This document shows, piece by piece, positions 39,333 to 51,537 of a DNA stretch of 64,000 bases (positions are counted from its first letter, which is position 1; every line of letters starts with the position of its first letter). The notes beneath the pieces were generated by a model. It was given only the letters and a program-made list of their open reading frames with translations. It searched no databases and was not told where the DNA came from. Source of the stretch: Mytilus trossulus (taxonomy: Eukaryota); contig NC_086373.1 of the NCBI RefSeq assembly GCF_036588685.1, positions 81,282,001 to 81,346,000 on the forward strand, written 5' to 3'. The position numbers and the translations under genes were made by a program.

Positions 39333-41950
39333 CAAACTAGAGGCTCTAAAGAGCCTGTGTCGCTCACCTATGTGAATATTAAACAAAGGAAGCAGATGGA
39401 TTCATGACAAAATTGTGTTAACTGTTTTGGTGATGGTGATATGTTTGTACATCTTACTTTACTAAACATTCTTGCTGCTTACAATTATCACTATCTTTAA
39501 TGAACTTAGCTCAGAAGTTTCTGTAGAAAATGTTACAATTGTAAAAATTTACAAATTTTATGAAAATTGTTTAAAATTGACTATAAAGGACAATAACTCC
39601 TTAGGGGGTCAATTGACCATTTTTGTCATGTTGACTTATTTGTAAATCTTACTTTGCTGAACATTATTGCTGCTTACAGTTTATCTCTATCTATAATAAC
39701 CACAAATAGCAAAATTTCCTTAAAATTACCAATTCAAGGACAGCAACCCAACAACGGGTTCTCTGATTCATCTGAAAATTTCAGGGCAGATAGATCTTGA
39801 CCTGAAAACAATTTTACCCCATGTCAGATTTGCTCTAAATGCTTTGGTTTTTGAGTTATAAGCCAAAAGCTGCATTTCACCCCTATGTTCTATTTTTAGC
39901 CATGGCGGCCATTTTGGTTGGTTTGGCGGGTCACGCCAAACATTTTTTAAACTAGATACCCCAGAGATGATTTTGGCCAAGTTTGGATTAATTTGGCCCA
40001 GCAGTTTCAGAGGAGAAAATTTTTGTAAAAGACATTTAAAATTTACGAAAAATGGTTAAACATTGACTTTAAAGGGCAATAACTCCTAAAGGGGTCAACT
40101 GATCATTTTGTCATGTTGACTTATTTGTAAATCTTACTTTGCTGAACATTATTGCTGTTTACAGTTTATCTCTATCTATAATAATATTCAAGATAATAAC
40201 CAAAAGCAGCAAGTTTTCCTTAAAATTACCAATTCAGGGACAGCAACCCAACAACGGGTTCTCTGATTCATCTGAAAATTTCAGGGCAGATAGATCTTCA
40301 CCTGATCAACAATTTTACCCCCATGTCAAATTTGCTCTAAATGCTTTGGTTTTTGAGTTATAAGCAAAAAACTGCGTTTTACCCATATGTTCTATTTTTA
40401 GCCATGGCGGCCATTTTGGTTGGTTTGGCGGGTCACGCCACACATTTTTTAAACTAGATACCCCAAAGATGATTGTGGCCAAGTTTGGATTAATTTGGCT
40501 CAGCAGTTTCAGAGGAGAAGATTTTTGTAAAAGATTTATAAAATTTACGAAAAATGGTTAAAAATTGACTTTAAAGGGCAATAACTCCTAAAGGGGTCAA
40601 CTGACCATTTTGGTTATGTTGACTTATTTGTAAATCTTACTTTGCTGAACATTATTGCTGTTTACAGCTTATTTCTATCTATAATAATATTCAAAAAATA
40701 ACCAAAAACAGAAAAATTTCCCTAAAATTACCAATTCAGGGGCAGCAACCCAACAACAGGTTGTCCGATTCATCTGAAAATTTCAGGGCAGATAACAATT
40801 TTACCCCATGTCAGATTTGCTCTAAATGCTTTGGTTTTTGAGTTATAAGCCAAAACTGCATTTTACCCCTATGTTCTATTTTTAGCCATGGCGGCCATCT
40901 TGATTGGTTTGGCGGGTCGCGCCACACATTTTTAAAACAAGATACCCCAATGACGATTTTGGCCAAGTTTGGTTTAATTTGGCCCAGTAGTTTCAGAGGA
41001 GAAGATTTTTGTAAAAGTTAACGACGACGGACGACGGACGACGACGACGGACGACGGACGCCAAGTGCCAATTCAGGGACAGCAACCCAACAACGGGTTC
41101 TCTGATTCATCTGAAAATTTCAGGGCAGATAGATCTTCACCTGATCAACAATTTTACCCCCATGTCAAATTTGCTCTAAATGCTTTGGTTTTTGAGTTAT
41201 AAGCAAAAAACTGCGTTTTACCCATATGTTCTATTTTTAGCCATGGCGGCCATTTTGGTTGGTTTGGCGGGTCACGCCACACATTTTTTAAACTAGATAC
41301 CCCAAAGATGATTGTGGCCAAGTTTGGATTAATTTGGCTCAGCAGTTTCAGAGGAGAAGATTTTTGTAAAAGATTTATAAAATTTACGAAAAATGGTTAA
41401 AAATTGACTTTAAAGGGCAATAACTCCTAAAGGGGTCAACTGACCATTTTGGTTATGTTGACTTATTTGTAAATCTTACTTTGCTGAACATTATTGCTGT
41501 TTACAGCTTATTTCTATCTATAATAATATTCAAAAAATAACCAAAAACAGAAAAATTTCCCTAAAATTACCAATTCAGGGGCAGCAACCCAACAACAGGT
41601 TGTCCGATTCATCTGAAAATTTCAGGGCAGATAACAATTTTACCCCATGTCAGATTTGCTCTAAATGCTTTGGTTTTTGAGTTATAAGCCAAAACTGCAT
41701 TTTACCCCTATGTTCTATTTTTAGCCATGGCGGCCATCTTGGTTGGTTTGGCGGGTCGCGCCACACATTTTTAAAACAAGATACCCCAATGACGATTTTG
41801 GCCAAGTTTGGTTTAATTTGGCCCAGTAGTTTCAGAGGAGAAGATTTTTGTAAAAGTTAACGACGACGGACGACGGACGACGACGACGGACGACGGACGC
41901 CAAGTGATGAGAAAAGCTTACTTGGCCCTTCGGGCAAGGTGAGCTAAAAA
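39333..41950 (+). mobile_element. Helentron-associated (HINE/pearl-like) element with ~500-bp internal tandem repeats
   Basis: 5' aactagaggctctaaagagcctgtgtcgctcacct; gacgacg microsatellite; 3' hairpin ttggcccttcgggcaa, then ggtgagct (inverse of the 5' subterminal gctcacct) and an A-run. Confidence 0.8.
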
Positions 41951-42474
41951 GTACAATGGACATTTGACACGCGAAAAAAAATATTTTTATATTAAGTATT
42001 ATAACAGTCAAACTAAAAACCTTGTCTGAAAGAATAAATTAGTTTGAAGAACTTTTTATCTCAAGCAACTGGTGAAAGGTGAGTGGGTGTGCACTTTTCG
42101 TGACATAGCGTAATGATAAAACTACAATCTACTGGAATATTTTAAAGAACGAAAAATAACTCCTGGTATGTGCTTTAGTATATTCGGTTTACTGTATTTT
42201 TCTATTAAAATATACATCACCATGCTAGGTTATTTATTGCCTTTATTACCTAAAATCAACAACTTACTATAGGCCATGTGCTGCAACAGGATAAACAAAC
42301 AACAATTAAATAATGTCTTACTCCACCATTACTTTATTTTGTTTGTTAAACCACTCTTTTCCAGTATATTTCTTACGTGCTGATGTATTGCTCCTCGGTC
42401 AATATCAATTAATGTTTCTAGATCGCCGACTTGATTTTTTGCTTTACAATTAGAACGTAATCTGTGCTTTTGCG

Positions 42475-45400
42475 TTAAGAACGGCGGATTGGTGTCTTAC
42501 TTCTTGAACTATGTTGAGTTTCATTGCTTTTTGATTTTATTGCTTGAGTTTCATTGCTTTTTGATCTATGTCGAGTTTTATTGCTTCTTGATCTATGTTG
42601 AGTTTTATTGCTTCTTGATCTATGTTGAGTTTCATTGCTTCTTGAACGGTATCGATGCATTCGGCGTCTAGTGCGTTTCATGTGTGTCTGGCTTCTAGAC
42701 CGATATTTTGTTTCATTGCTTCTTGATCGGTATCGATGCGTTTGGCGTCTAGTGCGATGCACGTGTGTCTTGCTTCTGGACGGATGCTGTGTTTCACTGC
42801 TTCTTGGTCGATATCTGCGTGTACGATGAACGGGTGTGTTACTTCTTGATCGTTCTTTCCTTTTTCTATTGCTTCTTTTTTGTTTACAGTCATTTTCATT
42901 GTCTTGATGTTTGTGTTCACGGGTTTTCCTTTTTAAACCATCACGTTTCGCTTGCTGTTCGTCTGAAGGAGTAGTGTTTGATTCAGTTGTTTTAACCACA
43001 CATTGTTCAGAATAACAATCAGGTTCAAGGTCAATGGCAGATCTGTCAGCCCAAGGTTTCTCGTACTGGGTAATGATAATACTTTTATCTATTATCATAC
43101 TATTTTCAATACCAGAATCGTTCTTTAAAGACGTGAATGATGACCGCCTTGTTTCATTATCTTGATCTATAAAGGTATGAAATATAAATTAGACACAAGT
43201 TTTCCATCTCAGTAACGTCTTTTCCAAATTTTGTTGTTTAACAAAAAAAACCATTCTGACACATGTATGCTAAAGCTGTCCCAAAGCAGGAGCCCGTAAT
43301 TTATTGGTTGTGTTTTTTTGTTGTATGTTTTTGATTTTCGTTCATTATTTTGTACATATATCAGACCATTAGTTTTCTAGTTTGCATTGTTTTACATTTG
43401 TCATTAGGGACCTTTTATATCTGAATATATTGTATGGTCTTTGTTCATTGTTGAAGGCCGTACAGTGACCTTTAAATGTTAATTTTTGTGTTATTTGGTC
43501 TCTTGTGGAAAGTTGTCTCATTGTAAATTATACCCTATCTTTTTTTTATATAACAGGTAGTCACTTGATAACAGACCACTCGCTTGTGACAGTCACATGG
43601 AGAATGTGACGGAGCTAAACATATATATGTAACCGCTCAATTATCTCGTCACCAGGGGATAGAGGTGTAACGACACAACATAAAAACAAACATGATAAGG
43701 CTCGATTCATCGGATCGCTACTCAGCACTTAAAAATAACAAAAAGACGAAAGATACAAAGTATGAAACTGAGACCAGTATTCGCAGTAACTGAAATATAG
43801 TTTAAAGCCCAATAACAATAAATTATGTTTTCTAAGACTAAACCATCAATATGTGCACTACCATTGGATTAAGCTATTTTACCTTTATATGAAAATTATT
43901 TCATGTTGGTTTATGGGTGCCTTCCAATGCAAAATATTTCAATTTCAAACGCTTCCCATTGTCATTTCAATATTCACGTCTTTTTTCCTAGTTTGCGGCA
44001 TGACCGAATGAATGGTCATCGAAAATGTACTTGCCATTTTCAACACGATGGGCCGGTGCCACATGTGAAATAGGAGATCTGCATACCTTTCAGGAGCACT
44101 TTTAAGAATCTTTTAAGACCGCCTTCGATTTTTGTTGATTCCGTGTCGCTGTGTTTTTTATTTCTATTTAGTGATTCTAGAGTGGGGTGCCCATATTCGT
44201 CGGGGACACAATTTCGCCGTTTTATGATTTTGAGGTGTAAAAACATCAATGGATGGCTGAATTGGAAGACATATACCGGTTATTGATATAAAAAACAAAT
44301 ATGATTATTTTTTAAAACTGAGACAAAATTGCGGCACCTACTGAAAAGGACCGAAAAACGGACAACAATTTTCGGCCAATTTCCTAAAGAAAAACACGAA
44401 TTCAAAGAAGTATTTCTAAGTAATTCTTTGACTGAATGCCCTAAATTTCAGTGCTTTTAACACCTTTGAAATGTCTGCTATTCATCGATAATGAAATTGA
44501 TTTGATTAATGTTGTTTAAAGCTGCGTTTTTTTTGGTTTTAAAAAGATGTGTAATAAACAGCTGCGCAATGAGCGCATGATACGCCCGATGTCTTGTGTG
44601 GAAGTTTTATGCAATAATCATAAAAAGTTTCTGAAAATGTTTTAAGCAATAACCATATGTTGTTTTTGAGACACGGCGGGACATGTGAAACCCCCAACCC
44701 TGTTTTTTGTTTTTTTACATTATCATCAAAAAACAAAATATCACTAAAATAAAATTTTGAATCAAAACCAAAAAGTATACAGATCTTAAGATTAATATAA
44801 CAAAGAAGTGTGTAAAGTTTTAAGCAATTATCATAAATTATTTCTGAGATACGGCGCGACATGTAAAATAAAGGGCTGCGTTTTGGCGCATGATACGCCT
44901 GTTGCTCTTTTAACTTGTCTTTTATGCTTTAAATGAATTTATATGATCAACTAGAAATAGTGTGAGCCCTGTCAAATACCCCCCCCCCCCCCCTCCCCAT
45001 ATAATAAATAAAAATGCACAAAAAAATTGGCACTATTAATGTCAATAGATATAAACAATTTATCAAAGTTGCATAAAATTTTGTGAAAGTGTTAGTTATG
45101 GAAATTTAAAATCTGAAATTTATAAAAATTGAAAGAGGGCTTACATCAATAGATATAAACAATTCACCAAAGTTTCATGGACATTGGTGGAAGCCTTTTT
45201 GAGTTATTGTCCGAAGTGTTAAAAATCCCCCTTTTTTTATGAATTAAGCCCCATAAATCCAAAACTTAAAATCTGAAATTTATAAAAATTGAAAGGGAGC
45301 TTACATCAATAGATATAAACAAGTCACCAAAGTTTCATGGACATTGGTGAAAGCCTTTTTGAGTTATTGTCCGAAGTGTTGAAAATCACCCCTTTTTTAT

Positions 45401-46942
45401 GAATAAAGCCCCATAAATCCAAAACTTAAAATCTGAAATTAAAAAAAAACGAAAGGGAGCTTACGTCAATAGATATAAACAATTCACGAAGAATCATGGA
45501 CATTGGTGAAAGCATTTTCGAGTTATTGTCCCGAAGTGTTGAAAATCCCCCCTTTTTTATGAATAAAGCCCCATAAATCCAAAACTTAAAATCTGAAATT
45601 AAAAAAAAAAAAAGGGAGCTTACGTCAATAGATATAAACAATTCACTTAAGTTTCATGGAAATTGGTGAAAGTGTTTTTGAGTTATTGTCCGAAGTGTGG
45701 ACGACGGACGGACGGACGGTACGACGAACAGACGGACGGACAAACAGACGGACGGACAAACAGACGGACGGACAAACAGACGGACGGACGGACAACGGTA
45801 TACCATAATACGTCCCGTCTAAAAGACGATGGGCGTATAAAAACGGCGAATATGTGTTCCCCATTGACAAAAAATCAGGAAATTTCACACACCCTTTAAT
45901 CCAACTTTTCAGATGATAATTTTCAAACAAACACGTTTTCAAGTTTAAGAATATTTTGCATTTGAAGTTATCTTCATTTAGAAATATCAGTATACTTCAA
46001 AAACCTTTAGACCTGAACATAAACTGTAGAAAACATGAAAAAGATGTGGCGAAAATGAGCACCCCACTCTAGACTGGTTATCTTGTTTCGTTTTTTGGTA
46101 GTGTCGGGTTTTCTTCCACTTGTGATTTTGTTGTCCCTTTTTTATCTTTTGTTTCTCTTGAAAACTACGATTGCAACCCGATTGCAACTCCTTTATGCAT
46201 AAATGAAGGATGGTTTGGGTTTTTTTTTCATGCACTATTGCTCATGTATTTATACCCCTGCGTCTGTACAACCATTTGGCTCGGAGCGTTCCTGTTAAAG
46301 ATTGCTTCAAAATACATAAACACTAGTTGAATATTACAGTAAAAAAATAATATTCATTGTGTTTTCTGTTATATTTTTATTGTAATTTTTCTATTCTCTT
46401 TTGATATTTTCTAGTGCTGGTGTGACTTTATCTTTAGTTTTCTGTGTTGTATATTGAGATTTCATGATTTCAAATATCAATGCACGTTCTGTTGCAATGT
46501 ATCTCATTTGTTCATAGTGCTCTCTTAAGAAAAGTTGTATCTTTTGATATTTTTTGTTCAATATTATATGTAATGAAGTCTAATGATCCATCAATATGTC
46601 ATTGAAATCAAAATTGGATGTATATGAAGCAGTAACACCAGAGTAAAAGTGGCAATTGTTTTGTGCTTAGGGTGAACATATGTAAGGCGATAGGAGGTAT
46701 TAATGTGATTTACATTTCCTTTTCGATCGTTTGAAAAATTAATTATATGAAAACAATGTACCTTGGACAGCTGTTTCATTGTTCTCTATGTTCTCATGAT
46801 CTGTATCCGATCCTGCTTCTAAACAAATAGCAGATCTATCAAGCCAGGGCTTTTCATACCCTGTGATGATTACACTTGCGTCCAGTGCGGGCAAGCTATT
46901 TTCAAGTAAGGAATCATAGCTATTACTACTGCTGTTTCTCTT
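42475..46942 (-). CDS. Orphan YEKPW-repeat / Arg-Ser-rich protein, duplicate copy (start not found; possibly a pseudogene)
   Basis: Exons about 46942-46762 (KRNSSSNSYDSLLENSLPALDASVIITGYEKPWLDRSAICLEAGSD...) and 43166-42475, GT-AG and in phase. An in-frame TGA precedes the first exon and no ATG is visible. Confidence 0.5.
43270..43550 (-). repeat. Dispersed repeat (attgccaatgagacaact...gtacggccttcaacaatga family)
   Basis: Copies at about 4690-4980 (+), 8510-8635, 20720-20930, 23255-23360, 24560-24640, 59700-59800 and 60400-60570. Confidence 0.7.
44555..45843 (+). mobile_element. HINE/pearl-like element with a 160-bp tandem core and GACG/GACA microsatellite
   Basis: 5' subterminal atacgcccg matches 3' gggcgtataaaaa. 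Repeat period is 160 bp (45141, 45301, 45461, 45620). Microsatellite at 45700-45795. Confidence 0.75.
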
Positions 46943-47894
46943 TCACTTTAAATGAAGTGGATGAAGTATGATTATCATATGAGAAACAAACTCATAAAAA
47001 CTCAAAAATGACATTGAAACAGAAATGAGTGTAAGGTCAAGTTGTGACGATATAGCGGACTCGTCTTTTAATTGCTCATTAACAAAAAACACGTCTTACG
47101 TTGACGACATTTAATAAAAGAGAGAGTAAAACAAAAAGGCGTTTCCGGACATCACTTGTACATGCAATTCCGTACAGCATATAAACTGAATGACACAATA
47201 TATATGACCATATATAACATCCCCCGACAGAAAGAAAATTTCCAATGAATTTGTGCATTGCATATTTGCAAATCAGAGCATAGGCAAATACAAATACATG
47301 ATCAAGATTACCAATAATTAATATATCTTTGTTTCCTACTTTCATATTATTCAGAATTCTCAATGAGTCAAACGTTCAATATGATATATATCTACACGAA
47401 CAAGTAAACTGTAACTAGTATTGATAACTTTGTGGAATAAGCATCTGGTAACACTTTGCGGAGTACTACATGTATAGATCTTGCTTGTCATAAACGTGAC
47501 AGTCAATATCATATGATATGAAATTACCACAGACCTTACTCTTATTTTGTAGATTCTAAAAGTGATGAAATGTACACATATTCAAGCAATTTCTCACACA
47601 CACGAGCAGTATAAGGCCAGCTCATACTACTTTCACGTACAAGGTAATTCACATTAACCATTCACAACAATATCACTTAGGTTATCTGTGATTAACATAT
47701 GAAAGTCACTGACAGATATTGATACAATCTCATATGCCTTACTATTCCAATTTCCATGTTTACGGGGTATTCAACTTATTTCATCAATAATGACAATAAT
47801 AAAAAAAAACTACACACTCCAAGGAGTCTGTGTCGCTTACCTGATGTTTTTGTTTACAATTGATGCATGAATTTCAGAAATAATGCAACCATAA

Positions 47895-49330
47895 TTCATC
47901 TCCGCTTCGAGTAAGTGTTCTACTACTAATTTATCAGTGCTTCTAACCACCTCCCTTACTACTATCAAAGAACTGGTTATTAACTTTTGTAATAAAGCTT
48001 ATGAAAATATTGGTATTAATTATTTTTGGAGTGTTAAAAATTCTTTAGAGGTTTTAGATAAAATACATGCTTTCAATGGTCCTTACAATTCTGTTGACAG
48101 TTATGATTTTTCTACTCTGTACACTACACTTACACAATCTTATAAAGAAAAAGTTTTTGTATTTGATAAAATGGTCTTTCGAAAAATCTCATTGTAATTT
48201 TATTTGCTGTAACTCGTTTAAGGCCTTTTTCTGTAACGAAAAAGGAAAGTATGCTAGATGCACTTACTGGAAATGTGAGGATATGATTGAAGCTTTAAAC
48301 TTTCTGCTTGATAACATTTATGTACGTTTCGGCGATAAAGTGTATCGTCAGGTAGTAGGTATTCCTATGGGCACCAACTGTGCCCCTTTAATAGCAGATT
48401 TACTTCTATATTGCTATGAATCTCAGTTTATGACCAAACTCAGAAAAGACCCATCATTGTTTCATTTAGTTGATACATTCAAAATAACTACCGTTATTTG
48501 GATGATATTTTTTCGTTGAATAATCCAGAGTTCTCTAAATATACTTCAGAAATTTACCCAAACGAACTTACTTTAACTAAATCTAACATAAACAGCAGCA
48601 GCTGTCCTTTTCTAGATTTAGACATTTCAATTTCAAACGGGAAACTTCACACTAAAATTTACGACAAAAGAGACGATTTTTCATTTCCTATTGTTAATTT
48701 TCCTTTTTTAGACGGCGATGTGCCTTTGGCTCCATCATACGGTGTTTATATATCGCAACTCGTTCGGTTTGCCCGTGTGTGTTCTGATGTCATAGATTTT
48801 AACGAACGTAATCAATGCATCACTGGTAAATTGTTGTGTCAGGGATTTCGATACCATAAATTACTTAAAACTTTTACTAAATTCTTTCATAGATACAAAG
48901 ATTTGATTAGTAAATTTGGCTATACCTGTAGAAAGCTTATTAAAAATTGTATTTCACATCCTAAATTTTATGGTAATCTTGTACTTAAAGCGAGGAAATC
49001 ACTATGTGATCCTTGTAAACTCGTCGAACCTTTAAACAAACTTATAAGTAAGGGTTATCGTACCAATATTGTAATTAGATCTCTGAATATAGTTCACATT
49101 GGCACTAATATTGATTTTGTCATTAGCAAATTAAAACATAACTAAATTTCATTATCTTTTGAGGCGAGATGTATAGAGACACAGACACGTTAACTTTTAT
49201 TTCTATAGATGTCGCTCTTCACTATACTACTACCTGTCGATACATTTATTTTTGACATTGCACTAGTCATGTCTTCTTTGACTATTAATGACGTTAAAAT
49301 ACTAAATCCCTGTGATGTGTTTTTGATAAG
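47895..49330 (+). mobile_element. Penelope-like retroelement RT, 5'-truncated with two frameshifts
   Basis: ORFs 47937-48197, 48067-48519 and 48498-49145 carry YDFSTLYT, RQVVGIPMGTNCAPLIADLLLY, RYLDDIF, FLDLDI and YDKRDDFSFPIVNFPFLDGDVP. Confidence 0.9.
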
Positions 49331-49600
49331 GGCTTTAGTGTATACGGTGCACTGAGTTTTCCTATTAGAATATAAATCATTATGCTAGGTTATTGCATTT
49401 ATTCCCAGAAAAAACAACATCTTAAAATAGTTCATGTGCTGCAATACGACATACTAACAACACTTCAATAATGTCGTACTACTGATAACTCCACCATAAC
49501 TTTGATTGTTAAACTACGCTTTTATCAGTTTATTTCCTTCGTGTGGATGTCTTGCGTCCAATGTCAATGATCGCTGACCTGATGTTTGGCTTTCGAAACG

Positions 49601-51537
49601 TCATCTGCGCTTTTTGCGTTTAGAACGTCGGATTGGTGTCTTACTTCTTACTCTTTGTATTGTTTCATTGCTTCTTGATTGGTAACTTCTAGTTTTGCGC
49701 CTTGTACGATACATTGGTGTCTTGCTTCTGGATCGATGTTTTGTTTCATTGCTTCTTGATCGATATCTACTAGTTTGACGTCTTGTGCGATACATTGGTG
49801 TCCTGCTTCTGGATCGATGTTTTGTTTCACTGCTTCTTGATCGATATCTGCGTGGTTTTCGTCTTGTGCGATGAACGGGTGTGTTACTTCTTGATCGTTC
49901 TTTACTTTTTCTATTGCTTCTTTTTTGTTTTTTGTCATTTTCATTGTCTTGAATTTTGTGTTTACGGGTTTTTCTTCTCTCATGATCACGTGCTCTTTGC
50001 TGTACGTCTGAATGACCTTGAGAAGACCTATCAGGGTGGAGTTCTAAATTTTCCTTTTCAGTAGTGTTTGACTCAGTTGTTTTATCAACACATTGTTCAG
50101 AAAAAGAACCAGGTTCAAGGTCAATGGCAGATCTGTCAGCCCAAGGTTTCTCGTAGTGGGTAATGATTATACTTTTATCTATTGTCATACTATTTTCAAT
50201 ACCAGAATCGTTCTTTATAGACATCAATGATGACCGCCTTTTCCCATTATCTTGTTCTATAAAAGTATAAAAGATAAAATGATATATCTACTGCAATTAA
50301 AATTGAGAATGGAAATGGGGAATGTGCCAAAGCGACAACAACCCGACCATACAGCAAACAACAGCCAAAGGCCACCAACGGGGCGTCCTTCAATTTTTTT
50401 TTATTACTATCACATAAACTTAACATGATCCAATTAAATTAGGTCAAGGTCAGGCAAACCAAACTAGAAATACATGTAAACCATTACTATCATTCCATAT
50501 ACAAATATGCTTTGAATGTTGTTGACCTACTAGTATAACAAATAGTATCTAAGAAAACTTTAACAAGAAATATTGATCGATGAACCATGAAAATCAGGTC
50601 AAAGACGGACGAACCCTGCCAGACATACATGTTTACCTTACAAGTATGACATGCGTTAAATATAGTTGACCTATTGCGTGTTGTATCTAAGAAACAAATT
50701 TAACCAGGAGAACTTAATTATGGAAAATAAGGTCATTGTACGACGATAATAGCCAAACAGACATACACCTTACAATCATAATCATTTTATACAAAAAATA
50801 AAGTTGACCTATTGCTAGGTCAACGTGTTGCTATTTTCTTTAGTTTTCTTTAGTTTTCTGTGTTTTATATTTAGATTTTATAAGATTTCAAATATCAATA
50901 CCAGTTCTGTTGAAAAGTATCTCATTTGTTCATATAGTCCTCTTTTACGAATCTTATTATTAGATTAGTGGCTGCTTGCATCTTTTGATATATATTCAAG
51001 TTCAAAGTTATATATAATGAAGGCTACTGATCTATTAATATGTCATTGAAAATTGGATAGCAGTAATACCTGCGATGCCCTAGACTAGGAGTGGCAACCG
51101 TTTAGTGCTCAGGATGCACATAGATGTATGGCGATAGCATGAAGTAATACCTGCGGTGCCCCAGACAAAGAGTGGCAACCGTTTTGTTCTCACGGTGTAC
51201 ACATATATATGACGATAGCATGAACGAGGATAGGAGGTATTAAAATGTGAATTTTAAAATGTGATTAACATTTCATTTTCGATCGTATGAAAAAATAATT
51301 ATACGAAAATAATATACCTTGATTTCCTCGTATGTTTAAGTTGCATTCAAGAGCTGTTTCGTTGTTCTCTATGTTCGCATGATCTGTATCCGACCCTGCG
51401 TCCAAACAAATAGCAGATCTATCAAGCCAGGGCTTTTCATATCCTGTGATAATTACACTCGAATCCAGTGACAAACTATGTTCAAGTAAGGAATCATTGC
51501 TGTTGCTTCTGCTGTTTCTCTTGGCTTGTCCAGACAT
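49601..51537 (-). CDS. Orphan protein with two YEKPWxDRSAI repeats and an Arg/Ser/Thr-rich basic tail, 291 aa
   Basis: Exons 51537-51318 and 50256-49601, GT-AG, phase 1. Acceptor at 51573-51574; a candidate 5'UTR exon ends at 52872 (g|gtaagt). Exons and flanks are conserved with the copy at 42475-46942. Confidence 0.65.

Noticed and set aside
46270-46325. Hammerhead ribozyme of a Penelope/retrozyme-type repeat
   Set aside because: gagcgttcctgttaaagattgcttcaaaata only loosely resembles such repeats; the CUGANGA and GAAA core is not intact.
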